Assembly: GCA_036525835.1 (NCBI GenBank)
Contig: DATCZR010000138.1
Location: 1-56,452, forward strand
DNA: 56,452 nt
From: Cyclobacteriaceae bacterium
GTDB lineage: Bacteria; Bacteroidota; Bacteroidia; Cytophagales; Cyclobacteriaceae
Reading direction: 5' to 3'
Shown: positions 18,773 to 27,680 of the stretch, one piece after another
Position numbering within the stretch: position 1 is the stretch's first letter
How the letters are laid out: the number at the start of each line of letters is the position of its first letter
Translations under genes and position numbers: made by a program
The notes under the pieces: generated by a model
Databases searched by the model: none
Told to the model about the DNA's origin: nothing
The model's input: only the letters and a program-made list of their open reading frames with translations

Positions 18773-19888
18773 ATGAAATTACTAACTACCCTTTTTTTAC
18801 TCATCTGTTGCCTTTTCAGTTGCACGAATCCTGAAAAAATGGATGGCTTCACATCATCCCTGGATTCACTTTTTATGAAGTCTTTTCCAACCGATGAACC
18901 AGGTGGGGCCATACTGATTATGAAAGGTGATCACATCATCTTTAGTCGGGGTTATGGAATTGCCAATCTGTCTACTCAAGCAAAAATTAACTCGCAAACC
19001 TTGTTTAATCTTGGCTCTATTTCCAAAACTTTTGTTGCCAATGCGATTTTGATTTTGCAAAGTCAGAGTAAATTATCTATTGAAGACTCCATGGAGAAGT
19101 ACTTTCCGGATTTTAAAGACAAGCAGATTGCTAAAAAAGTAAAAATAAAGCATCTGCTAACCCACACTTCAGGCCTACCCGACATCCGTCAAACCAGACT
19201 TGACTCTGTGTTCTATCTTACCGCCAAGGATGCAGAGAATTGGTATCCGGTAACCCAAACAGATTCCTTGGTTTTCGAACCAGGCACTCGATACGAATAT
19301 TCCAATCCCGCCTTCAATGGACTCGCGCTGATCGTTGAAAAGGTGAGCAGGATGAAATGGCAACAGTTTGTAAAACAAAATATTTTTGATCCGGCAGGAA
19401 TGAAAACGAGCACCATCACGGATGGTTCGCATCCAGAATCCGGTGTTGCTCATGCCTACCTGAAACGAAATGGCAAGTGGATAGAGAAGGATTATGGAGA
19501 GGAGCCCACATTTGCTGCCGCTGGAAATGGAGGCGTATGGAGTTCAGTTGAAGAATTGGCCAAATATGAACAAAGTTTAAGGGGCGCCATCTTTCTCAAT
19601 GAAGCAGAAATAGTGCGCTCAAGAACCATCACCGATTGGCCTAATTGGAATGACGTAGTTCCGCCTTCTATTGGATGGTCATGGTTCATCGGTCAAACAA
19701 ATGATGGACTGCAAACAGTGGGACACACCGGAAGTCAGGGTGGTTTCCTTTGCAACTACGTAACCATACCTGACAAAAAAATCCTATTTTTAATTCTGTG
19801 CAACACACCCAGAGATGTAGAGGATTTTACTGAATTCATCTCTAGCCAATTGATTAAATATAATTGGCTGGAACCTGCCAATAACTAG
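18773..19888 (+). CDS. Serine hydrolase, beta-lactamase (class C / AmpH-like) family lipoprotein
   Basis: Lipobox LFSC, SISK (SxxK), LLTHTSG, YSN, GHTG. Confidence 0.9.
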   Translation: MKLLTTLFLLICCLFSCTNPEKMDGFTSSLDSLFMKSFPTDEPGGAILIMKGDHIIFSRGYGIANLSTQAKINSQTLFNLGSISKTFVANAILILQSQSKLSIEDSMEKYFPDFKDKQIAKKVKIKHLLTHTSGLPDIRQTRLDSVFYLTAKDAENWYPVTQTDSLVFEPGTRYEYSNPAFNGLALIVEKVSRMKWQQFVKQNIFDPAGMKTSTITDGSHPESGVAHAYLKRNGKWIEKDYGEEPTFAAAGNGGVWSSVEELAKYEQSLRGAIFLNEAEIVRSRTITDWPNWNDVVPPSIGWSWFIGQTNDGLQTVGHTGSQGGFLCNYVTIPDKKILFLILCNTPRDVEDFTEFISSQLIKYNWLEPANN

Positions 19889-19890
19889 AG

Positions 19891-20634
19891 TTAAACCACC
19901 TTTTTCCTAATCACTTTTGCGTAGGTACGGCTGACAGGGAAACTTTTACCGTTTTGCATTTTCACAATCATCCCCCCATTGAAATGTCTTTCAATTTCCT
20001 TTAGAAAAGTAAGGTTGATAATGGTGGATCTGTGCACCCGGATGAACATATCCGGATTCATAATTTCTTCCAGCTTGCCAATTCCTGAAGAGCTTACAAA
20101 TTGATCGGCCTTGGTAGTAATAATCGTATAATCTCCTGAGGCCTCCAGATAAATAATTTCTTCAACCGGCAAATTGAAAAGTTTCTCTGATTTTTGAACA
20201 AAGATGTGAGAGTCATAACTATCCTTTTTTTCTCCTCTTATTCCCTTAAGAAGATCCTCAATATTACTTTGTTCCAATTTTTTTCGGGTCAGCGCTCTAT
20301 TTACCGCCAATCCAAATCGCTCTTCGTCCAATGGTTTTAATATATAATCTACCGCGTTCTTTTCAAAAGCCTTGATGGCATATTGATCATAAGCCGTAGT
20401 GAAAATCACATAAGGATCGTGCTCAATTTTCTCCAGCACCTCAAAACCATTCATACCTGGCATTTGTACATCCAGAAAAATTATGTCTGGCTTAAGGGCA
20501 TCAATAGCTTCTACTGCATCTTTCCCTTTTTCGCATTCTCCCACGATCTCAATTTTCGGAAAGGCCTCCAGAAACTCTGTAAGTAGTTCTCGGGCGAGTT
20601 TTTCATCATCAATTATTATACAAGTTGTATTCAT
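19891..20634 (-). CDS. LytTR family response regulator
   Basis: IIDDE, FLDVQMP, FTTAY, DYILKP receiver motifs and FIRVHRS, VSR LytTR motifs. Confidence 0.95.
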   Translation of the reverse strand: MNTTCIIIDDEKLARELLTEFLEAFPKIEIVGECEKGKDAVEAIDALKPDIIFLDVQMPGMNGFEVLEKIEHDPYVIFTTAYDQYAIKAFEKNAVDYILKPLDEERFGLAVNRALTRKKLEQSNIEDLLKGIRGEKKDSYDSHIFVQKSEKLFNLPVEEIIYLEASGDYTIITTKADQFVSSSGIGKLEEIMNPDMFIRVHRSTIINLTFLKEIERHFNGGMIVKMQNGKSFPVSRTYAKVIRKKVV

Positions 20635-20655
20635 ATTTTTTCTAATAAGCTATTT

Positions 20656-21780
20656 TTAAACAGCTTGCTTTTCAAATTCAAGCACTTCTTTAAGTTTTGT
20701 TTTTTCTTTTCTCTCTTTTTCTTCTATGAAGAAGCTGACAGCATAACCTTTTTCATTTGATCTTATTCTTAAACCTGATTGCGGACCATAATAGCTCTTC
20801 AATCGTTGGTCAGTGTTGGCCATGCCTACTCCTGTTGAGCTGCCATCCATTATTTTCTTTGCCTTGGTACCCAGCCCATCATCTCTTACTTCAAAGAAAA
20901 TAATTTTGCCAGACCGCCTGACCGTTAAGTAAATAGTGCCCCCTTCCTCCTTGGGGGCTATCCCATATTTTACGGAATTCTCGACTAGGGGCTGCAATAT
21001 CATGGGCGGAATTTCAATACTGAGGCAGTCAGAATCGATATCTGTTTTAAACTTAAGGCGATCACCAAAACGAACCTGCTGAATTTGAATATAATTTTCG
21101 ATGAAATTTATTTCGTGAAGCAGCTTTACCATTTCATCGCTATGGGAATCCAACGCATACCTGAAAATATCTGATAGTTGCGTTATCAGCCTGCGCGCCT
21201 TTTCTTTGCTGGTGTGCATTAGCGTGCTGATTGAATTGAGCGTATTGAACAAGAAGTGCGGATTAATTTGAGATTTTAACAAAGAGATTTGCATCTCTTT
21301 GTTTTTAATAGCCAGTTCGCTCTTCTCCTGTTCCTGTTTTTGTAAACCTTGAAAATACCTGATTACATAATACACACCTACTGTAATTATATATTGATCG
21401 TAAAAACGCAATGCATCCCAACTCATGAGTTCCAACATGTATTCCTTCCAATGATCAAAATATACAAGCCCATCGAGATAGTCGGTAAAGTAATAGGAAA
21501 GAGTACCCATGATCAAAAAGAACATGAAGATGCCAAATACATGTGCGCCTATTTGAATTGAAGGCTTGAATTTCGATAGCCAGTGCGACCAGAAGAATAT
21601 GAGAATGATAGAAACACAAAGTGCTTCATAAAGAAAGAGTGCATTCCAAAAAACGTAAGGAGCCGGATTAACAAATTTCCATTCGAAAATTACGCTAATG
21701 ATAAAATTGATAGCGTACCACAGGCAAATGAAAAGATATGCCCTTCTCCATACCTTGGGTATGTTATCAATTAGTTTCAA
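20656..21780 (-). CDS. LytS-type sensor histidine kinase
   Basis: N-terminal TM segments, SQINPHFLFNTLNSI, LQPLVENSVKYG, DDGLG, GVGMAN. Confidence 0.93.
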   Translation of the reverse strand: MKLIDNIPKVWRRAYLFICLWYAINFIISVIFEWKFVNPAPYVFWNALFLYEALCVSIILIFFWSHWLSKFKPSIQIGAHVFGIFMFFLIMGTLSYYFTDYLDGLVYFDHWKEYMLELMSWDALRFYDQYIITVGVYYVIRYFQGLQKQEQEKSELAIKNKEMQISLLKSQINPHFLFNTLNSISTLMHTSKEKARRLITQLSDIFRYALDSHSDEMVKLLHEINFIENYIQIQQVRFGDRLKFKTDIDSDCLSIEIPPMILQPLVENSVKYGIAPKEEGGTIYLTVRRSGKIIFFEVRDDGLGTKAKKIMDGSSTGVGMANTDQRLKSYYGPQSGLRIRSNEKGYAVSFFIEEKERKEKTKLKEVLEFEKQAV

Positions 21781-21915
21781 AGTCTGAATATTTTGTATCC
21801 TAAAATTAATGATTTGGAAAGAAAGGCGATCAAGTTCGATTTTATCAAGCCAAAACGACTTTTTGGTCGATAATCGTACTCTTTTGGCTGTCGGATTGTT
21901 TATACCTTTGTATTA

Positions 21916-23142
21916 ATGAATGAATCAGTAATAAGAAAATGGGTATTACCCATTGGGTGTTTCATTTTTTTCTCACTTTCGCTAGAAGCACAAACAATCA
22001 CGATTAGTGCCAGGGTGGTAGACCAGGAGACTAAAGATCCGCTTTCCTTTGCTTCGGTTGGATTAAAAAACAAGTCAATCGGTACCATTACCAACCTGCA
22101 AGGCGAATTTGATTTTCATATTCCGGCTGCCTTTAGAAATGATATCCTCGTTGTCAATATGCTTGGCTACCAATCGTACGAAGCACCGGCCTGGACAATT
22201 TCCGGTGACCAACCCTCGATAGGATTAGTGAAATCCACCCAATTTTTGAACGAAGTAGTCGTATCGGACTCTTTACTGGGTGGTGATATCTTAAGTATTG
22301 CCCTCGGGCGAATTGAACAGAATTATCCTATGAAACCGTTCCTCCTGGACGGCTTCTATCGTGATATCAAAGAAGTAGGCGGAACTTATGTTTCGCTATT
22401 GGAGGCCGCCGTCAAGATATTTGACGAAGATTACAGAGCACCCAGAAACAAGTTTAAACTACGTGAGCGGGTAGCTCTTCAGGAAGTGCGAAGAAGCTTG
22501 GGCTATGAAAATAAGTTTACTGCTTATTTCGATGAGGGAAATCTACTTGAAGATATTCTCCTACACAATAATATAAGATATCGGCAGTTTCCCGAAGAAG
22601 AAATATTCTTTGAGGGAATGATCAGGGAGAAGGATTCATACTACAACGGTCACCAGGTTTATGTGATTTCTCAAAAATACGATTACCATCTTATCATCTA
22701 TGTTGATAAAACTACTTATGGCCTTATCCGCCTGGAGTATGAAAATAACGATCAGGAAGTAATCAAAAAAAGAAGAGGGCTGGTAAGTAAGTTTGTGAAC
22801 TTAAGAAGAGTAATAGATTTCAAATCCTACGAAGGCAAACTATTTCTCAATTATATTACGCTTGATTCAAAAGTTAATTGGTATGACAATAAAACAAACG
22901 AAGTAAAATTTGAAACCCAACTGCACCAACAGCTTTTAATCAACAACGTACATCCAGAAACAGATGAATACATTAGTACAACAGAAAAAATGAAAAACTA
23001 CGGTCTTCAATATCAGGATCTACCTTACAACAAGAAGTTTTGGGACAACTACAATGTCATTAAAGAGAGTCCGCTTGATAAAAAGATTATTCAAGACCTT
23101 GAAAAGAACATCTCACTAGACAAGCAGTTTAAAAACAATTAG
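21916..23142 (+). CDS. Carboxypeptidase-like regulatory domain-containing exported protein
   Basis: Signal peptide, VVDQETKDPLSFASV..GTITNLQGEF..LGY..LNEVVV, YNKKFWDNYN tail. TACCTTTG promoter element at 21903-21910. Confidence 0.8.
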   Translation: MNESVIRKWVLPIGCFIFFSLSLEAQTITISARVVDQETKDPLSFASVGLKNKSIGTITNLQGEFDFHIPAAFRNDILVVNMLGYQSYEAPAWTISGDQPSIGLVKSTQFLNEVVVSDSLLGGDILSIALGRIEQNYPMKPFLLDGFYRDIKEVGGTYVSLLEAAVKIFDEDYRAPRNKFKLRERVALQEVRRSLGYENKFTAYFDEGNLLEDILLHNNIRYRQFPEEEIFFEGMIREKDSYYNGHQVYVISQKYDYHLIIYVDKTTYGLIRLEYENNDQEVIKKRRGLVSKFVNLRRVIDFKSYEGKLFLNYITLDSKVNWYDNKTNEVKFETQLHQQLLINNVHPETDEYISTTEKMKNYGLQYQDLPYNKKFWDNYNVIKESPLDKKIIQDLEKNISLDKQFKNN

Positions 23143-23192
23143 GTGTAAGTCTAAGAATTTCTCCCTTATACTTTTTGATATATCTGAGCTAT

Positions 23193-24038
23193 CTATGCTA
23201 ACGCAATTGCCCGAAAAGCAATTGCCGATTGCCTTGACCTAAAAGGTTTACTCTCTTCCTGTTTAAAAAAAAGGAAGGACAAAATTATATCAATTAATTG
23301 TATAGGCAGTAAAGCCCAAAGTTTGTAAAGCAATTTATTATGCCATCCAGGAATAATGAGTCTTTTACCCAAAAGCATTTGCCGTACCGCCTCCTTAGCA
23401 ACGGTGTCAGGAAGCTGCAATATGGACTTTCCCGCAAACTTTGTTTTGCTTATATTTTCTAATACGCGAGGGCTCGTAACAGTTCCTCCAGGACAGAGAC
23501 AGCTTACATTAATTTTATAGCGTTTCAATTCCATTCTAAGTGAAAGTGAAAATGAATAAATAAAACTTTTTGAAGCAGCGTACACTGCCTTTCCTGGAAT
23601 ATTCATAAACGATGCGAGACTTCCCACGTTTAATATATTTCCGGGCTGGTTTAATTTAAGATCTGGGAGGAAATAGTAAGCAAGCATTACTACCGCCTGA
23701 TTGTTCAACTTAAGCATTGTTTCCAAATCCGAAACTGAAGTTCTTTCAAATTCTTGATGAGTCCCAAGGCCCGCATTGTTAATTAGCATATTGATGGTTA
23801 GCTCATTTTTGTCACACCATTGATGAAATCTATATACAGCATTATCTTCTGTGAGATCAATTTCAAAGGATTTTACATCAACTTTATAATCGTTTGAAAT
23901 TTGATTTACAATCCTTGACAGTCCTGTTTTGGGCAGTGCCACCAGAACTAAATTAATTTTTTTTGAGGCTAATTCATACGAAATTGCCTTCCCAATCCCA
24001 GAGCTGGCTCCAGTAACTACTGCATAATACTTATCCAT
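23193..24038 (-). CDS. Classical SDR oxidoreductase
   Basis: TGASSGIG, NNAG, NVGS, YAASK, CPG. Confidence 0.92.
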   Translation of the reverse strand: MDKYYAVVTGASSGIGKAISYELASKKINLVLVALPKTGLSRIVNQISNDYKVDVKSFEIDLTEDNAVYRFHQWCDKNELTINMLINNAGLGTHQEFERTSVSDLETMLKLNNQAVVMLAYYFLPDLKLNQPGNILNVGSLASFMNIPGKAVYAASKSFIYSFSLSLRMELKRYKINVSCLCPGGTVTSPRVLENISKTKFAGKSILQLPDTVAKEAVRQMLLGKRLIIPGWHNKLLYKLWALLPIQLIDIILSFLFFKQEESKPFRSRQSAIAFRAIALA

Positions 24039-24041
24039 AAA

Positions 24042-24722
24042 TTATATTTTTATTTCATTTAATTGACCATTCCCCCGTGTGATAAAACTATTTGAAAGTG
24101 CTAATACAAGATGAATAAGAAAGGCACTCCAAAAATTTCCACTTATTAAGGTGAGCAAACAAAGTATTAATCCAAAAATGAAAGCACCCGTCGCTTCGCG
24201 CTTACCTTGTTGAATATGTGAAAATGCGTATAAGCCACTGTTGACCAACACTGCGATGATCAAATTATATCTGATCAGATAATGGGGTAATAACAAGCCA
24301 CGCAAAAGAAGTTCATAAGGCAACAAGTAAATTATCCAAGTGATGATTTCATAGAAACTGAAATTCAAATTAGATGAATCATGAAAAAGATAGGCATAGT
24401 TATTCCTGTCCTTAGAAGATCGCTTTCTTCTTGCATTGAAGAAAATACAAAGCAGAGACAAAACCAAAGAAATGAAAATTGTTATAATAATTTGATTCTC
24501 CTTAATGATCACGTAATTCAAATTCAAAAAGAAAATGCAAGGAATCATCAATGTTATAGAGCCTAACACACGAAATAGCACAACATAATGAAAGTACCTT
24601 CCCTTTTCACTATGTATCATCCATCCGTTCAATGCTGAATTGACACCAAGTGCTATAAACACCCATAGAATAAGGGATGAATACTGAGGATTGATCGAGT
24701 TCATAAATTCAATATTTTTCAT
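24042..24722 (-). CDS. CPBP (Abi/CAAX) family intramembrane metalloprotease-like protein
   Basis: Multi-TM, YELLLRG (variant of EExxxR), YAFSH, HLVLALSN. Confidence 0.75.
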   Translation of the reverse strand: MKNIEFMNSINPQYSSLILWVFIALGVNSALNGWMIHSEKGRYFHYVVLFRVLGSITLMIPCIFFLNLNYVIIKENQIIITIFISLVLSLLCIFFNARRKRSSKDRNNYAYLFHDSSNLNFSFYEIITWIIYLLPYELLLRGLLLPHYLIRYNLIIAVLVNSGLYAFSHIQQGKREATGAFIFGLILCLLTLISGNFWSAFLIHLVLALSNSFITRGNGQLNEIKI

Positions 24723-25695
24723 CTTTGATCCACTCTAATGTCGTGTTGATACCCTTTGAAATTGGAGTGATTTTATAACCTAATTCCCTAACTGCTTTTT
24801 CGCAAGAGCAAGCCAAATCATGATTATATCTAATAATCCATTTTCTTGTAATAATTGGATCCCTCCCAAAAAAGGATGCGCCAACTTCCTCTTTCCATCC
24901 AAAGAGCATCATCAACCAGAGTGGAAGATGAAAGAGTCTATGGTTCTTTTTAGATTGCGTCCGGAGTATTTGAAAAAATTCATTTAGTGGAAGGTTCTCG
25001 CCGCCCAAAATATACTTCTCTGCGGGGCGACCATGATCCATAGCGAGTAAATGACCTCTTACTACATCGTCTATATAGCAAAAACATCCAAGTGATTTAC
25101 CATCACCCGGAATGACATGCCAATCGCCGTTGATGTACAACTTCATCAAATGGGAAACAGCATTGCTTTCAGTCCATAATCCAGGGCCATACACTTTTGA
25201 TGGTGAAACGATTACTGTAGCAAGACCATCCCTCGAATAATCACGAACATAATTTTCAGCGATGTGCTTCGAACTTTCGTACTCTGTAAAGAAATCGATA
25301 TCACGAACATTAGCTTCTGTAATTGGATGGCCATTACTTTTACCTAATACGGCACAAGATGAACTGTATACTAGTTTCTTAATTCCGACCAAGTGGGCTG
25401 CTTCCAATATGTTAACTGTCCCCTGAACATTAACTTCAAAGTAGGTTTTTGGGTTTTTGGCCCATGGCCTCGCGTAGGCTGCCAAATGATAAACCTGGTC
25501 ACATCCTTCCATCGCTTTTTTGAGAGATATTTTATCTAACAAATCCCCTTCAAAAAATTTAAGTTTAGGGTGTTTAAATAGCGGGGCAGTTGGTACTGTC
25601 CGGACTAAAGCATTAACCTCATATCCTTTCTGAATAAGAGTATCCATTAGTCTTTGACCTATATAACCTGTTGCGCCTGTAATAAAAATTCTCAT
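24709..25695 (-). CDS. NAD-dependent epimerase/dehydratase (dihydroflavonol reductase / HpnA-like extended SDR)
   Basis: TGATGYIG, YHLAA, YESSK, VYGPG, YILGGEN. Confidence 0.9.
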   Translation of the reverse strand: MRIFITGATGYIGQRLMDTLIQKGYEVNALVRTVPTAPLFKHPKLKFFEGDLLDKISLKKAMEGCDQVYHLAAYARPWAKNPKTYFEVNVQGTVNILEAAHLVGIKKLVYSSSCAVLGKSNGHPITEANVRDIDFFTEYESSKHIAENYVRDYSRDGLATVIVSPSKVYGPGLWTESNAVSHLMKLYINGDWHVIPGDGKSLGCFCYIDDVVRGHLLAMDHGRPAEKYILGGENLPLNEFFQILRTQSKKNHRLFHLPLWLMMLFGWKEEVGASFFGRDPIITRKWIIRYNHDLACSCEKAVRELGYKITPISKGINTTLEWIKDEKY

Positions 25696-25705
25696 ATTTA
25701 TCGGG

Positions 25706-26452
25706 TTATTGTAATAGTTCCTTAAGTAGTTCCGCGCAATTTTCTCTTCTTATACGATCGTTAGCATCTCGGATTGGAAGTTGCAAGCTGAATTTTGAAA
25801 CCACGATTGCTTCCTTGGTACGCCCCAGTTTCTTTAAGGTTAGCGCTTTGTTGTAGTGATATAAAATACAATCAGGCTGAAGTTGAATTGCCTTTTCAAA
25901 ATATTGCATTGCATTTTCCAGTGATACATCTTCTGGCATTCCACCAAATAGAAAATCACATGCTGTTTTTTCCAGCCAGGAGAGAGATGCCAGAGACAAG
26001 TGCCACTTGCCTATTATAAAATACGCGGGTGCGTACGAGGAATCTAAAGACAAAAGGAAGTCGGCTTCTCTTTTAATAATGGAGGCATGTTTTAGTTTTT
26101 CCGTTGGGCTTTTGGCGTTTGCAGATTGCAAGCCAATTGCAATAATGTAATTAAGATGAGCTTCTTTTGAAGTAGATTTTAGTATAATTGAACGCTCCGC
26201 ATAGGTGGTTGCCCGAACAATATATTGAGTTTTGAGTGCGCCATTCGGTGAGTTGCCCGCAAGACTGGATCCTAATTTGCTTGCCAGAAGTAATACTTCA
26301 ATATGATTTGGGTTTTTACTCAAAAAACTTTCGGCTTCACAAAATGCAACTGAATCTCTTTGAACACTTTGTGAATTGCCGCTAATTCCCGTGAGGATTA
26401 AAAGACCCACGGCTTGCATATTGATAAGCATGAAAGTAGTTATTATATTCAT
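25706..26452 (-). CDS. TPR-like alpha-helical protein (RMD/RMDN-like)
   Basis: AYFIIGKWH..LSWLEK..LFGGMP..AMQYFEKAIQLQP pattern and a hydrophobic N-terminus. Confidence 0.65.
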   Translation of the reverse strand: MNIITTFMLINMQAVGLLILTGISGNSQSVQRDSVAFCEAESFLSKNPNHIEVLLLASKLGSSLAGNSPNGALKTQYIVRATTYAERSIILKSTSKEAHLNYIIAIGLQSANAKSPTEKLKHASIIKREADFLLSLDSSYAPAYFIIGKWHLSLASLSWLEKTACDFLFGGMPEDVSLENAMQYFEKAIQLQPDCILYHYNKALTLKKLGRTKEAIVVSKFSLQLPIRDANDRIRRENCAELLKELLQ

Positions 26453-26493
26453 TTAGTAGGTTCCGTAATAAAAATCAACACTAGTTTTTTCAT
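26449..26493 (-). CDS. Candidate 14-aa upstream ORF
   Basis: ATG 26493 encodes MKKLVLIFITEPTK; its TGA overlaps the ATG of the TPR-like gene (ATGA). Confidence 0.35.
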   Translation of the reverse strand: MKKLVLIFITEPTK

Positions 26494-26593
26494 AGCATTT
26501 AGTACTTGCTTGCTAATTTTTCGTTCGTACACATAAAAGTAAAGTGAGAGGTCGGTGTTTGTATTTCAATCATTAACTGCCTCAAAGAAATTA

Positions 26594-26649
26594 TTTGCGG
26601 TTTGCGCAAAATGTCAGGCGGAGCTAGCGGTTAGTTGCATTTATTGCAA
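26594..26649. promoter_or_regulatory. Pair of palindromic operator-like sites TTGCR-N5-YGCAA
   Basis: TTTGCG-GTTTG-CGCAAA at 26594-26610 and TTGCA-TTTAT-TGCAA at 26635-26649, centres 40 bp apart, in a divergent intergenic region. Confidence 0.6.
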
Positions 26650-26696
26650 ATGCGGTGAGCAGTTTCTAAATTAGGAAAGCTTTACTATTAGTCATT

Positions 26697-27680
26697 TTGA
26701 GAAAACCCTATAAAGCAGAAAATGCCCAATCTGTCTTTCTTGAACAGATTCGTAATCGCATTCCTAAAAATATTGCCCTAGCTGATGAATTAGCCGAAAT
26801 TCTGAATATTAGCAGGGACAGCGCTTACAGGAGAATAAGAGGTGACACAGTCCTTTCGCTGGACGAAGCAAAGGTACTTTATGACCGATACGGGGTTTCC
26901 CTAGATGCAATTTTTTCTCCTTCTTCGAATATGGCGCTCTTTCATCATCGTGCCCTTACAGTTAACTATCCACTCGAACGCTGGATGAAGTCAGTAGTTA
27001 AGAATCTAAAAATGATTGATCAATTCAGTGACCGAGAAATGATTATTGCAGCGAAGGATATTCCAATTTTTCACTATTTCCGCCTTCCTGCCTTATCCTC
27101 ATTTAAAATGTTCTTTTGGATGAAGACCGTAATCAAAGATCCCCTTTACGATGAATCACTATATCATCCAGATGTAATTTCCAAGGATTTATTAACAACC
27201 GGATCAACCATGTGGAGTCTTTATTCCAAGGTTCCCAGCACGGAGATATGGGGCGATGAGGCAATTAACGACACTCTAAAACAAATTGAATATTATAGCG
27301 AATGTGGATTTTTTTCAGAAAAACAACAGCCGGTCTTAATCTGCGAGGAACTCCTCAGCCTCATTAACATGGTAAAAGAAGAAGCAACATCCGGTAAAAA
27401 AGGTGACGGTGCCCATTATAAATTGTATGAAAATGAAATAATAACAGCCGACAATACTGTCTTTGGCCGGATGGGCGGAAAGTTGGTGGTCTACATAAAC
27501 TATAATTCACTTAACCTGCTTACTACATTACAACAAGCATTTTGTGCCAAAACAGAAACCTACCTTAATAACTTAATGAAAAGCTCAGTTTTAATAAGTG
27601 CTTCAGCCGAAAAGGAAAGAAATAAGTTTTTTAACAAATTGGCAAACAAAATTGAAGGTTTTAGAAGTAGATTGCTTTAA
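26697..27680 (+). CDS. HTH transcriptional regulator with large C-terminal putative ligand-binding domain
   Basis: LADELAEILNISRDSAYRRIRG xre/BetR-like HTH; divergent from the four-gene cassette. Confidence 0.8.
   Translation: MRKPYKAENAQSVFLEQIRNRIPKNIALADELAEILNISRDSAYRRIRGDTVLSLDEAKVLYDRYGVSLDAIFSPSSNMALFHHRALTVNYPLERWMKSVVKNLKMIDQFSDREMIIAAKDIPIFHYFRLPALSSFKMFFWMKTVIKDPLYDESLYHPDVISKDLLTTGSTMWSLYSKVPSTEIWGDEAINDTLKQIEYYSECGFFSEKQQPVLICEELLSLINMVKEEATSGKKGDGAHYKLYENEIITADNTVFGRMGGKLVVYINYNSLNLLTTLQQAFCAKTETYLNNLMKSSVLISASAEKERNKFFNKLANKIEGFRSRLL

Noticed and set aside
18773-19888. Antibiotic-resistance beta-lactamase
   Set aside because: SxxK, YxN and HTG motifs are shared by many esterases and peptidases of this family, so resistance cannot be inferred.
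21856-21890. LytTR direct-repeat binding site (TTTTGG twice, 21 bp apart)
   Set aside because: The spacing fits LytTR sites, but only 6 nt match in AT-rich DNA, which is too weak to support.
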